Part shown: positions 19,477 through 28,208 of the stretch, one piece after another
How the letters are laid out: each line of letters starts with the position of its first letter
Numbering within the stretch: the first letter of the stretch is position 1
NCBI GenBank assembly: GCA_041690135.1
Contig: JAWLHY010000005.1
Location: 1-64,000, forward strand
Length of the DNA: 64,000 nucleotides
Direction: 5' to 3'
Source of the DNA: Armatimonadota bacterium
GTDB lineage: Bacteria; Armatimonadota; SYMT01
Notes under the pieces: model-generated
Seen by the model: only the letters and a program-made list of their open reading frames with translations
Databases searched by the model: none
What the model was told of the DNA's origin: nothing
Position numbers and translations under genes: made by a program

Positions 19477-20343
19477 TTAGCTCAACTGTGAGCTGACTTC
19501 TTGCAGGCTCCGGGCGAGTTCGGCCTCTTCCGCTTCCGGCAGATTTCCGAACGGAAGCCGGGTAGGTCCGAAGTCGAACCCGCGCGTGCGAAGCAGCGCC
19601 TTGAGGCCGCCGATCCCGCCGTAGCCCTTCACCGCCGTGCGCACCCGGTCGATGGCGGCCTGGGCCTCAGCGTCGCCGTTCCAGATCCGGACGAACGTCT
19701 GCGGGTAGATGTTCGCGAGCGCGGAGATGAACCCGTCCACTCCCATCTGGCGAGCCTTCAGGGCAAAGGAGTCGCTGGCGCCGTACACCGCAATGCGCCC
19801 CTGCGTGATGTCGAGCAACTCCTGGATGCGGTCCGCTTTGCCGGTGGAGTCCTTGATCCCCTGGATGGTGCCCTCGTCCATCAGGCGGCGCACCACCTCG
19901 CCGCTCACCTTATTGACGGCATACTGCGGGATGCTGTAGGCGAAGAGCGGTAGGCTCGTGCGCTCCCGGACCGCCCGGTACCACTGGACGATTGCCTCGT
20001 CGGCGGCCGGGTAGTAGATGGGTGGCGTCAGGAATACCGCATCGGCTCCCGCCTCCTCGGCGGCCTGGGCCAGCCGGCCGACGGTTTCGATGTCGAGGGC
20101 CCAGATCCCGGCGATCACCTGCAGCCGGCCCCGAGCCGCTGCCACGGAGGCCCGGATCGCCGCAGCCTTCTCCGCCTCGGACAGGTAGAGCGACTCTCCC
20201 GTGGTCCCCACCGGCGCGATGGCCGGGATGCCCCCTTCGGCCAGGAACTCCACATGCCGGCCGATCATCTCTTCGTTCAGCCGCCCCTCTGCGGTAAAGG
20301 GGGTCAAGGTCGCCGGAATGATGCCTGTAATTCGTGTTGCCAT
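19477..20343 (-). CDS. Dihydrodipicolinate synthase family aldolase
   Basis: GIIPATLTPF, GTTGES, TPPIYY, YSIP, GIKDSTG. Confidence 0.88.
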   Translation of the reverse strand: MATRITGIIPATLTPFTAEGRLNEEMIGRHVEFLAEGGIPAIAPVGTTGESLYLSEAEKAAAIRASVAAARGRLQVIAGIWALDIETVGRLAQAAEEAGADAVFLTPPIYYPAADEAIVQWYRAVRERTSLPLFAYSIPQYAVNKVSGEVVRRLMDEGTIQGIKDSTGKADRIQELLDITQGRIAVYGASDSFALKARQMGVDGFISALANIYPQTFVRIWNGDAEAQAAIDRVRTAVKGYGGIGGLKALLRTRGFDFGPTRLPFGNLPEAEEAELARSLQEVSSQLS

Positions 20344-20455
20344 GATGAGTTTGGGCCGGATGCCAGAGGGGATTGGACGGCGTGTCGCCATCACCCGGGA
20401 AACAATAGTGCTGTCTCAGTTTATCGCGCCCTGCCTCTTCATCTGCTCCACTCCT

Positions 20456-21445
20456 CTACCCCTCTCCGTGGCCTTCTCCGTGTCTCAGTGCCTCTGTGGT
20501 GAAATCCCCGCGGCAGCGAAGTCCGGCGGCCCAGGCGGCGATTTCCGCGGCCGGCGCCATGCCGGTGACCGCCCCCACGGCCGTCACCGCTCGGGCACCG
20601 CAGGCGTTGGCGAAGTGCAGGCTGCGTTCCAGCTCCCAGCCTTGCGAGCGGCCGTAGAGGAACCCGGCGATGAAGCAATCGCCCGCGCCGGTGGTTTCCC
20701 GGACCGGCACCTCGTAGGCCGGGAGGAAGATCTCCCGCTCGGCATCCTGATAGAGACAGCCCCGGTCTCCCAGCTTAATCACCACGGCGCGAGAGCCCGC
20801 TTCGCGCAGGACCCGGGCCATAGCCGCGGGCTCCGCCTGGCCGGAGAGATGGCTCGCCTCCTCTTCGCTGGGCATGAAGAAGTCGACGTGGGGTAGGCAG
20901 GGACCGAGGTTCTCCAGCCAGCGTCCTTCGCGGTCCCAGCAGACGTCTACTGAGGTCGTCATCCCCCGCCGGTGCGCTTCGGAAAGGACTTCGGCAGCCG
21001 TCGCGCCGTCCAGGGCGGGAAGCACGAAGAAGCTGGCCAGGTGGAGATGCCGCGCCCCCGCGATCCGGTCCCACGGAATGTCCGCCGGTCCGAACCGGGC
21101 GTTGGCCCCGTAGTGATGGATGAAGCTGCGCTCGCCGGTGGAGTCGATGGGGACGAGGGTCACGCCGGTAGTGGCCTCCGGATCGCGGACCACCGGTCCT
21201 GTATCAACCCCCCACCCTTCCAGGGTCTCCAGCATGAAGCGGCCGTAGAGATCGTTCCCGACCCGTCCCCCGACCGCCACACTCGCCCCCAGCTTTCCCA
21301 GGGCCCCCGCGGTGTTCGGTCCGTTGCCGCCCACGTGGGTCTCCAGCGTGTCGATCAGGAGTAGCCGCCCCCGCTCCGGCAACCGGTCTATCGGCTTGCC
21401 GATCAAATCCACCACGAAGTTGCCGAGTACGAAGATATCAGACAT
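20456..21445 (-). CDS. PfkB family carbohydrate kinase
   Basis: GGNGPNTA...GRVGNDLYG, GERSF, ETTGAGDCFIAGF. Confidence 0.92.
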   Translation of the reverse strand: MSDIFVLGNFVVDLIGKPIDRLPERGRLLLIDTLETHVGGNGPNTAGALGKLGASVAVGGRVGNDLYGRFMLETLEGWGVDTGPVVRDPEATTGVTLVPIDSTGERSFIHHYGANARFGPADIPWDRIAGARHLHLASFFVLPALDGATAAEVLSEAHRRGMTTSVDVCWDREGRWLENLGPCLPHVDFFMPSEEEASHLSGQAEPAAMARVLREAGSRAVVIKLGDRGCLYQDAEREIFLPAYEVPVRETTGAGDCFIAGFLYGRSQGWELERSLHFANACGARAVTAVGAVTGMAPAAEIAAWAAGLRCRGDFTTEALRHGEGHGEG

Positions 21446-21572
21446 TTGCCATTATAGGATAAGTCGTGTTGCAGCCTCCGCAGTTCGTCTGTCCGCGAGG
21501 CCTGGGTGCGTTTGCAGTTTTTCGATTTGTGTGCCTAGAACTCTCCCATCCTAGTATCTCGTACATCATTCG

Positions 21573-22179
21573 TTCTAATACCCGACCTGCCGTATGGAAG
21601 TCCCCCCAGCCCTAGCCTTGGGACCCCACCCTCCCGCGTGCCGGGCCTCCGCTCGGCCTTTCACGCTCGTCCCTCGCTAGCGGCCGGCTGCGGCGTGCAC
21701 TCCATTCGCTCTGCCCGCGCTGCGGCCGGGCGCAGTTCCTTCCGCCTAGCGTACACGGGTGGGGTTCCGGCGTCTTCGAGCTATCCCCCCTCTGGGGGAT
21801 CACAAATGCCGGCTGTACCGGCACAAGGTCAGGACGAACCGGCCCATTGGGGCGGATGGTAGGTCACGGACCTGTCAGATCCATGTTGGTTGGAGATGAT
21901 GGCCTATCTCCAAAGGGGGCCTGTCGGACGCCCTCACTTGTGACCTCCCCGGAGGGGGGAGGTCGCTCGAAGAGGTGCCGAAGTTCCCGTCCACCGCCCT
22001 TCTGGGCCATGCCGTCGGCAGTGGCGCGGGAAGTCAACCGTGGTGTTCACGCCGCAGCCGGCCGTTAGCCGGGGTCCCCTTTGGGGTGGCGTGAAAGGCC
22101 GAGCGGAGGCCCGGCACGCGGGAGGGAGCTTCGGCGGCTAGGGCGCGGGGGGGACCAATTGGTAGTCGAGATGGTAGAA
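21573..22179 (+). ncRNA. Candidate large structured RNA (or palindromic non-autonomous element), family not recognised
   Basis: Nested helices: 21609-21617/22136-22144, perfect 38-bp 21629-21666/22089-22126, 21676-21697/22047-22069, 21714-21723/22021-22030, TCTTCGAGC/GCTCGAAGA; multibranched tip; G-U pairs on the + strand; no credible ORF. Confidence 0.6.
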
Positions 22180-22251
22180 GAAGGGTCTCCGTCTCGGCTC
22201 TCACGTTCCCCGTCGCACGGTTCATACAGTAGTCCGAGCTAACTCTCCTGG

Positions 22252-22516
22252 CCCCGCACATGGGCTTACGCATCACGCACTACGCATCACGCGCACCTGT
22301 CCGAGGCAGCCCTCTGCCCCTGCAACCACCTTCGCAGGTAGCCGCACGCATTACGCATCACGTCTCACCTGAACACGAGGCACCCATTTCGCCTCCGCAA
22401 CCACCTTCGCACGTAGCCTCACGCATTACGCATTACGCATCACGCGCACTCACGTTCGAGGCACCTGCCCTGCCCGCTGCAGCCACCCCGCACGCATGCT
22501 TACGCATCACGCATTG
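22252..22516. repeat. Degenerate ~75-80 bp tandem array (about 3.5 units) with nested ACGCATY heptamers
   Basis: Recurrent ACGCATTACGCATCACG...CGAGGCA...GCAACCACCTTCGCA blocks. Confidence 0.8.
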
Positions 22517-22581
22517 CGGAGCCCCTGAACGAGCGCCCACCCAGGGCTCTCCATCAGAGGGTGTGAACGAGAGCCCCAGAG

Positions 22582-23346
22582 CTACACCGGATTGGGAATG
22601 TCGATAAACTCGTGCTCGACCCCGAACACCGTGGACAGGTGCTCGCCTACGGCTCGGATGCCGATCCGCTCGGTGTTATAATGCCCCGCGCCGAGGAAGT
22701 GGATGGCTCCCTCTCGCGCCGTTTGCATCACGAATTCGGATGCTTCGCCGGTGATGAAGAGGTCCAGGCCCTCTTCAATCGCCTGGCGAACCTCCCCCTG
22801 CGCCCCGCCGCTGATGATTCCCACGGAGTGGATTGGGTCTGGACCGTAGAGGAACGAGAGCGCGTTCGTTTCATAGAGGGAGTTCACGCGCTGCACGGCT
22901 TCTTGGGGAGAGAGACCGGCCCACTCGCCTCGAAAGCCGATCGGCTTGCCGTTGTATTCGGCCCAAGGACGAATGTTCTCCAGTCCGAGGCCCTGCGCGG
23001 CGAGGAAGTTATTACCCACCTCGGGATGCGCGTCCAGGCAGAGGTGATAGGCCGCCAGCGTGAGCTCGTTTTCCAACAGCAGCTCGAGGCGCCGCTTGAG
23101 CCCTCCCCTGACCACCCGCGACTCCCGGTCCCAGAAGATCCCGTGGTGCACGATCACCATGTCGGCGCTCGCTTCCACCGCGGCCTCGAACAGGGCCACG
23201 CTGCCGGAGACCCCGCTCACCACCTTGCGGACTTCCGCCTTCCCTTCGACCTGGAGGCCCTGCGGACCGTAGTCCCGGAAATCTCCCACCCGGAGGTAAT
23301 CGTGGAGGTAAGTCAGGATCTCATTGCGGGAAGCCAATTCAGCCAT
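22582..23346 (-). CDS. Nif3-like dinuclear metal centre protein (DUF34)
   Basis: DYGPQGLQVEG, IVHHGIFW, YHLCLDAHPEVGNN, FITGE, AGHYNTE. Confidence 0.93.
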   Translation of the reverse strand: MAELASRNEILTYLHDYLRVGDFRDYGPQGLQVEGKAEVRKVVSGVSGSVALFEAAVEASADMVIVHHGIFWDRESRVVRGGLKRRLELLLENELTLAAYHLCLDAHPEVGNNFLAAQGLGLENIRPWAEYNGKPIGFRGEWAGLSPQEAVQRVNSLYETNALSFLYGPDPIHSVGIISGGAQGEVRQAIEEGLDLFITGEASEFVMQTAREGAIHFLGAGHYNTERIGIRAVGEHLSTVFGVEHEFIDIPNPV

Positions 23347-23649
23347 GGGAGTTATCTCTGCCTATCCTTCAAGACCGGAATAAGGTGCCTGCACGCCACT
23401 TCGCCGAAAGCGCCCGCCATCCTGCTCCAAAAACCGAAAGCCCCCTTCTCTGCGTCGGAGAAGGGGGTTGGGAGATGAGGTACCGGGGTCAAAGTGTGCG
23501 GGGCTCTGAATGCGCGCAAGCCGAGAACCAAGCTTCGTAGAAACGAAACTAGGTGACGGTTACCTCATCGATGCGAGAAGTCTCCAGGTTCAAAGAGCGC
23601 GAGGTGGAACGTTCGCGCAAACTCTGTCGCCGTGACCGAGCAAGCCAGC

Positions 23650-24015
23650 TCAGGCTTTGCCGGTTTTCCGGGCCTGGATTCCCGCGAGAACTTCATCCAT
23701 CTTGACCAGCGTCTCGTAAAGCTTGGGGTTCCGGTTCCAGAAGTCTTCAATGTTGCGGGTGCCGGACTTCTGAAAGGCATCCTCGATCTCCCGGGTGAAA
23801 CCCTGGATGACGACCAGCTCCAGTGGCATGGCCGCGGAGATCAACGAGTGGCGGTCGACGGGTCCGCCCAGCACCTTGAACTGGAAGTCCGGATGCGGCG
23901 GGATCGTGTCGAGCGGGCTGCGCCGCCGGGGCGGGCCTCCCTGAAATCCGCCGGTAGGCGGTCCGGAGGGTCGCCTCCGTGGGGGCGGCTGGCTGGGTCG
24001 CTTCGGTCGGTTCAT
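23650..24015 (-). CDS. Hypothetical protein with Pro/Arg-rich N-terminus
   Basis: Start MNRPKR; extended -10 TGGTATACT at 24057-24065; host-like codon use. Confidence 0.6.
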   Translation of the reverse strand: MNRPKRPSQPPPRRRPSGPPTGGFQGGPPRRRSPLDTIPPHPDFQFKVLGGPVDRHSLISAAMPLELVVIQGFTREIEDAFQKSGTRNIEDFWNRNPKLYETLVKMDEVLAGIQARKTGKA

Positions 24016-24161
24016 GCGCCTCGCTTTCGGCTGGAAAGGGTGTACTCTACCCGCGGAGTATACCATGTCGGCCGAACGGGGAGCAACGCCGGAGCGGAAG
24101 CTGTTGATCGGAATTTGGGAGAATCTTGTAAGAACCGCGTGCCCGCGCATCTTTACTCTAT

Positions 24162-24767
24162 GTGAACCACGTGTCTACTCCCTCGTTGACCAGCACGCCT
24201 ACGGAGCGCCTTTCGTGTGAGGCGCGAGACGCAGCGTGTGGGGATGAATCGCTCCTCCAGGCGGCGCGGCACGGCGACGTGGGCGCCATGGAGCGCCTGT
24301 TGTCGGGCCACGAGCGCCCCCTTTATCTTCTCTGTTACGGCATCCTCGGTCGTCGTGAGGATGCGGAAGACGCCGTGCAGGAAACCTTCTTGCGAGCGGT
24401 GCGTGGACTGCGGGGCTTCCGGGGCGAGATGGGGATCAAGGCGTGGTTGACTCGTATTGGCGTCAACGTCTGCCTCGAACAGAAGCGTCGCCATCGGAGG
24501 CGTCCGGAGACCGAATGCCTCGATCTCGGGAGTGAGCCCCAGTGTGCGTCTCCCGAAGCGGAGATACTGGAGCGATTGAGCGTCTTCGAAGCCCTCGCCG
24601 CACTCCCGCCTCGTGGGCGGGCCGTTTTGTTACTGAAAGAGCGCGAAGGTTGGACCACCAGTGAAATCGCTCGCGCGACGCGGCGTACCGAGCGACAGGT
24701 GTACTACGAGCTGCAGAAGGCCTACCGCGCCCTCGCCGATTGGCGCAGTTCGCATCCGGAGGAGTAG
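24162..24767 (+). CDS. ECF RNA polymerase sigma factor
   Basis: DAEDAVQETFLRA, KAWLTRIGVNVC, ALAALPPRGRAVLLL...EIA region 4. Confidence 0.9.
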   Translation: MNHVSTPSLTSTPTERLSCEARDAACGDESLLQAARHGDVGAMERLLSGHERPLYLLCYGILGRREDAEDAVQETFLRAVRGLRGFRGEMGIKAWLTRIGVNVCLEQKRRHRRRPETECLDLGSEPQCASPEAEILERLSVFEALAALPPRGRAVLLLKEREGWTTSEIARATRRTERQVYYELQKAYRALADWRSSHPEE

Positions 24768-24769
24768 CA

Positions 24770-27502
24770 ATGGTGATGACCTGTCGAAAAGCCGAATCCC
24801 TGTTGGTGCGGAGGCTCTGCAGCGCGCTGTCCGACCGCCAGAACGCTGCGTTGGAACTCCACCTGGAAGCTTGTGGCGTATGCCGGGATCGCCTGGAGGG
24901 CCTTCGGTCGGGAACTTCACTGCTGGCGCAGATCGAGGAACTGCCTACTCCCTCCGGATTGGCACACCGGGCGTTGGAGCGCTACTCGACTTGCAAACCG
25001 GATCGGCAGCCGGTATTTGCCGGGATCTTCGGCGTCCGACTCGCCGTCGCGGCTCTGGCGGGTGCGATACTGGTGGGGACTGCGGCCCTCCAAGCCGTCC
25101 GCCGGCCGGAAATCGACCTTGTCCAGGAGCCTTCACCCCGGCGCGACACCGCGAAGTCCCCCGAAGCGAGGGGCATCCGCGAGTCTCCCAGCCCGATCGC
25201 CGGTGCGGTGAAAGTGTCCCCTCGCGTGCCGGAGTTGGCCCGGCTCCGGCACACGGTGCCCGTTGAAAACGCTTCCGGGGGGCAGGACCGTCGCTCCGGC
25301 GTCCAGCGTGCCGTGCGAATGAGGGAGCCCGAGAAACCGGTCGTCGACGATCTCCAGTACCTCGATGGCTATGCCCCCGCCCTGGCGTCACGGTGGCTGG
25401 GTGGGGACGACGAGCGCCAGGAAATCCACGAACTCCTGACTCGCCAGCTCTCCCGGATCTCTGTCAAAGATGACTTTGTCGAGATCCCCTACCCGCAGAT
25501 CGCGGATGCGGCCCGGAAGAGCGAGGCCGTGGAAGCTGCTGTCCGGAAGTACGACCGCGAAGCGCAAATCGTGGATGCTCGCCTGTTCCGCAAGGTCACC
25601 CTCCGCCTCCGGCATACGCCGCTCACGGAGTTCTGCAGGGTCCTCCAGCAGCAGACCGGAGTGAAATTCGCGGCCTCCCGCACGGTGGGCGACGAGAACG
25701 TCACCGTTTTCGTGAAAGATATGGCGGCGCGCGACGTGATGCGCGCGGTGGCGCGGCTATTCGACTACAAATGGGGTCGTTCCGGCGAGGAGCTGGCGTA
25801 CCGTTACGAGTTCCGCCAGGATCTCCGGGCGCAGATCGCCGAGGAAGAGCTGCGCAGCCGCCAGGTAAACCAGATGCTCCTGGCGCTGGATGAGCAGGTT
25901 GCCGCATACCTCCCCTACCTGAACCTGAGCCCGGAGCAGATTCAGGGTCGGATGGAGCGCGCACAGGGAGCGGAGAAATACCGGCTCCAGGACCTGGCAG
26001 GGTGGAAATGGGGCCCCATTCAGTTGTACCACCGGCTCTCTGCCGCGCAGCGTCAGGCCCTAGCCGAAGGAGGGTCTCTCCAGTTCCGTACGGATGCGCG
26101 GTCTCCCGAACTGCGCTTACCCGGCGAGTGGCGGAGCCTCCTGCTCCCGCGGACGAACCTCGTGCTCGGCACGATCGGCGGCCAACCGTGGATCGCCTCT
26201 CCCTTGTTCTTCAACGGGCGGCCGACTTCACCGCTTGCGGGGCAGCCGGGAGCGGAGGTGGGAGTCAGCCTGGAGCTCAAGGGCCGGCAGGAGGGACAGC
26301 TCTCTCTGTTGGTTTACATCACAGCCTATGTCCTCGATGCGGATGGGCGCGAATTAGCGCTGCCTGGCTCCAAGGGGGGCGGCCTGGGGGTAGCACAGGA
26401 ACCCCCGGGGACGAAGCCGAATAATGCGGCACTCAACGCGAAACTGCGTGAAACCGAACCCTACCGGCGGACCGTCACCATTGAGCCGAAGGTTAACTGT
26501 CCCTGGTTCGCTCTCGGGGACGGGGCTATGGAGCGCAGCGGCTTCCAGGTGGAGCTCGACGACGGCCGTCGCAAATACTACCTCGATCTGGACGGACAGT
26601 TGCGGGAGGGTGAGGAGCCGCCTCACGTCACCTCCTCCGAGGTGTGGGAAGCCATCCACGACACGACCGGCATGCCGGTCGTCGCCGACGCTTATTCCCG
26701 GCTGTTCGACGCGCGCAAGCTAAAAGCCAGGAAGGTGAGCCAGTTCGACGCGCTCTGCCGACTGGGCGACGAGATGGGCGTGCGCTGGCAGCAAGATGGC
26801 GCGTTCCTGATGGGCCGCACGGTCACCTACCTCTGGGCCAAGATCAAGGAAGTGCCGGCCCGGCACCTTCGCCGGTGGCGGGAAGCCCGGGAGAAGCACG
26901 GTTTTATGCCCCTGGAAGACCTGCTGGAGGCCTCCACTCTTTCGGACCGGCAGTTGGAAGCGCGCACGGTAGGTCATGTGATCGGTCACTGCTGGGGGTT
27001 GGAGGACTGGATCATCGTAGGTGAAGGAGCAACGGTGCCCATCGGCCTGACGGGACCCCGGGGCTCCCGCCCTTATGCGCGGTTCCTCGCCCTCCTCTCA
27101 TCCGGGCAGCGAGTGCGTGCCCAGCGCCAGGGACTCACCTTTGAAGAACTGCTTCCGGCACAGCAGGAGGCGCTCATCCAACTCCTGGTGAAAGACCGTC
27201 GTTCCCCACGGGACACCGTTGGCGTACGCTTCCGGGTCGATTACGCGCCGGCCGGGTCGTATGTCTGGAACCCCTCCGTTGCAACCAGGGCCGAGGCAGA
27301 CCAGTTAGAGCGAACGGCTCCGTTCGTCTGGGGCAAAACCGCTGAAGCCACCCTGGCGGCGGCGCGGCGCGTCTACCCACGGGCGCAGTCGCCGCAGGTC
27401 GCTCGATCGCGGGGGATTCTGACCTTCACCTTCACCAACCCCCACACGGGAGCATCCTGGAAGGCGGGCTGGATCGGTGTAAGCATCAGCAACCGGGAGT
27501 GA
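24770..27502 (+). CDS. Large zinc-binding anti-sigma factor (zf-HC2, TM helix, extended extracytoplasmic region)
   Basis: MTC...HLEACGVC ZAS motif; TM LAVAALAGAILVG; starts 2 nt after the sigma stop. Confidence 0.75.
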   Translation: MVMTCRKAESLLVRRLCSALSDRQNAALELHLEACGVCRDRLEGLRSGTSLLAQIEELPTPSGLAHRALERYSTCKPDRQPVFAGIFGVRLAVAALAGAILVGTAALQAVRRPEIDLVQEPSPRRDTAKSPEARGIRESPSPIAGAVKVSPRVPELARLRHTVPVENASGGQDRRSGVQRAVRMREPEKPVVDDLQYLDGYAPALASRWLGGDDERQEIHELLTRQLSRISVKDDFVEIPYPQIADAARKSEAVEAAVRKYDREAQIVDARLFRKVTLRLRHTPLTEFCRVLQQQTGVKFAASRTVGDENVTVFVKDMAARDVMRAVARLFDYKWGRSGEELAYRYEFRQDLRAQIAEEELRSRQVNQMLLALDEQVAAYLPYLNLSPEQIQGRMERAQGAEKYRLQDLAGWKWGPIQLYHRLSAAQRQALAEGGSLQFRTDARSPELRLPGEWRSLLLPRTNLVLGTIGGQPWIASPLFFNGRPTSPLAGQPGAEVGVSLELKGRQEGQLSLLVYITAYVLDADGRELALPGSKGGGLGVAQEPPGTKPNNAALNAKLRETEPYRRTVTIEPKVNCPWFALGDGAMERSGFQVELDDGRRKYYLDLDGQLREGEEPPHVTSSEVWEAIHDTTGMPVVADAYSRLFDARKLKARKVSQFDALCRLGDEMGVRWQQDGAFLMGRTVTYLWAKIKEVPARHLRRWREAREKHGFMPLEDLLEASTLSDRQLEARTVGHVIGHCWGLEDWIIVGEGATVPIGLTGPRGSRPYARFLALLSSGQRVRAQRQGLTFEELLPAQQEALIQLLVKDRRSPRDTVGVRFRVDYAPAGSYVWNPSVATRAEADQLERTAPFVWGKTAEATLAAARRVYPRAQSPQVARSRGILTFTFTNPHTGASWKAGWIGVSISNRE

Positions 27503-27517
27503 ACCTCCACGCACGGC

Positions 27518-27874
27518 TTACTCGCTTTCGATCACGTCCCCGGCGAATACGCTTTCTGCCTCACCAGACCGTAACTCCAGCACGCTCCGGGTGCCCCTCG
27601 GCGCGAAGACCATTTTCCACGGTGAGACACACCGGGCCACCCGGAGCACGGTCCGGTCGGCGGAGAGAAACAGCACGTCGATGTCATAGCGCATCCCCCA
27701 GGTGTGGATCCCTCCGCAGGGATCGAGCCACAGTGCCTCTTCATCCTTAAGCGGTGGCCGGACCAGCAGACCCAGCATCCGCCGGCGGAGGTCCCGCGGC
27801 CGATCCACCCGCGCCGCCAGCACCCTGAACCTTACCCCTTCCCGCCATACGACAAGCCCGGATCTATCCGTCAT
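27518..27874 (-). CDS. DUF192 family protein
   Basis: RMLGLL, IHTWGMRYDIDVLFL, SVLELRSG. Confidence 0.85.
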   Translation of the reverse strand: MTDRSGLVVWREGVRFRVLAARVDRPRDLRRRMLGLLVRPPLKDEEALWLDPCGGIHTWGMRYDIDVLFLSADRTVLRVARCVSPWKMVFAPRGTRSVLELRSGEAESVFAGDVIESE

Positions 27875-27908
27875 CCGCCGACCCCCTTACCGCAGTGTAC
27901 CTTCCCAG

Positions 27909-27954
27909 CCAGGTCTCCATGGGTTGCGGGGACCCGCAACCCATGGAGACCTGG
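27909..27954. repeat. Perfect 22-bp inverted repeat with a 2-nt spacer
   Basis: CCAGGTCTCCATGGGTTGCGGG-GA-CCCGCAACCCATGGAGACCTGG. Confidence 0.85.
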
Positions 27955-28208
27955 GTCTGTACCTCAACATGGATTCCGCAGTCAATGTGGGACATGCTCT
28001 TCCCCCAGCCGGGCACCCCTTGGGTGGCGGGGTCAGGGGGCCGAAAGCGCGGAAGGTGGTATCTCCACTAGCCAAACCGTACCCGCCGAAGGGCTCCGTT
28101 GTTCCAACCTTCAACCTTCAAACGCCGATCAGCTTCGGGGTCCAACCGTACCTGTCCATGAAACTAAGCCGCAATCATGTTGTCAAACCGTCGAGGTGAC
28201 TTTGCAGC

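Noticed and set aside
21573-22179. RNase P RNA (rnpB is often near Nif3 genes), tmRNA, SRP or group II intron
   Set aside because: No GAGGAAAGTCC or terminal CGGCTTA RNase P motifs on either strand, no tRNA-like ends, no SRP domain IV loop and no intron domain V that I could find.
22252-22516. CRISPR array
   Set aside because: Units are degenerate, the intervening sequences are homologous to one another, and no cas genes are nearby.
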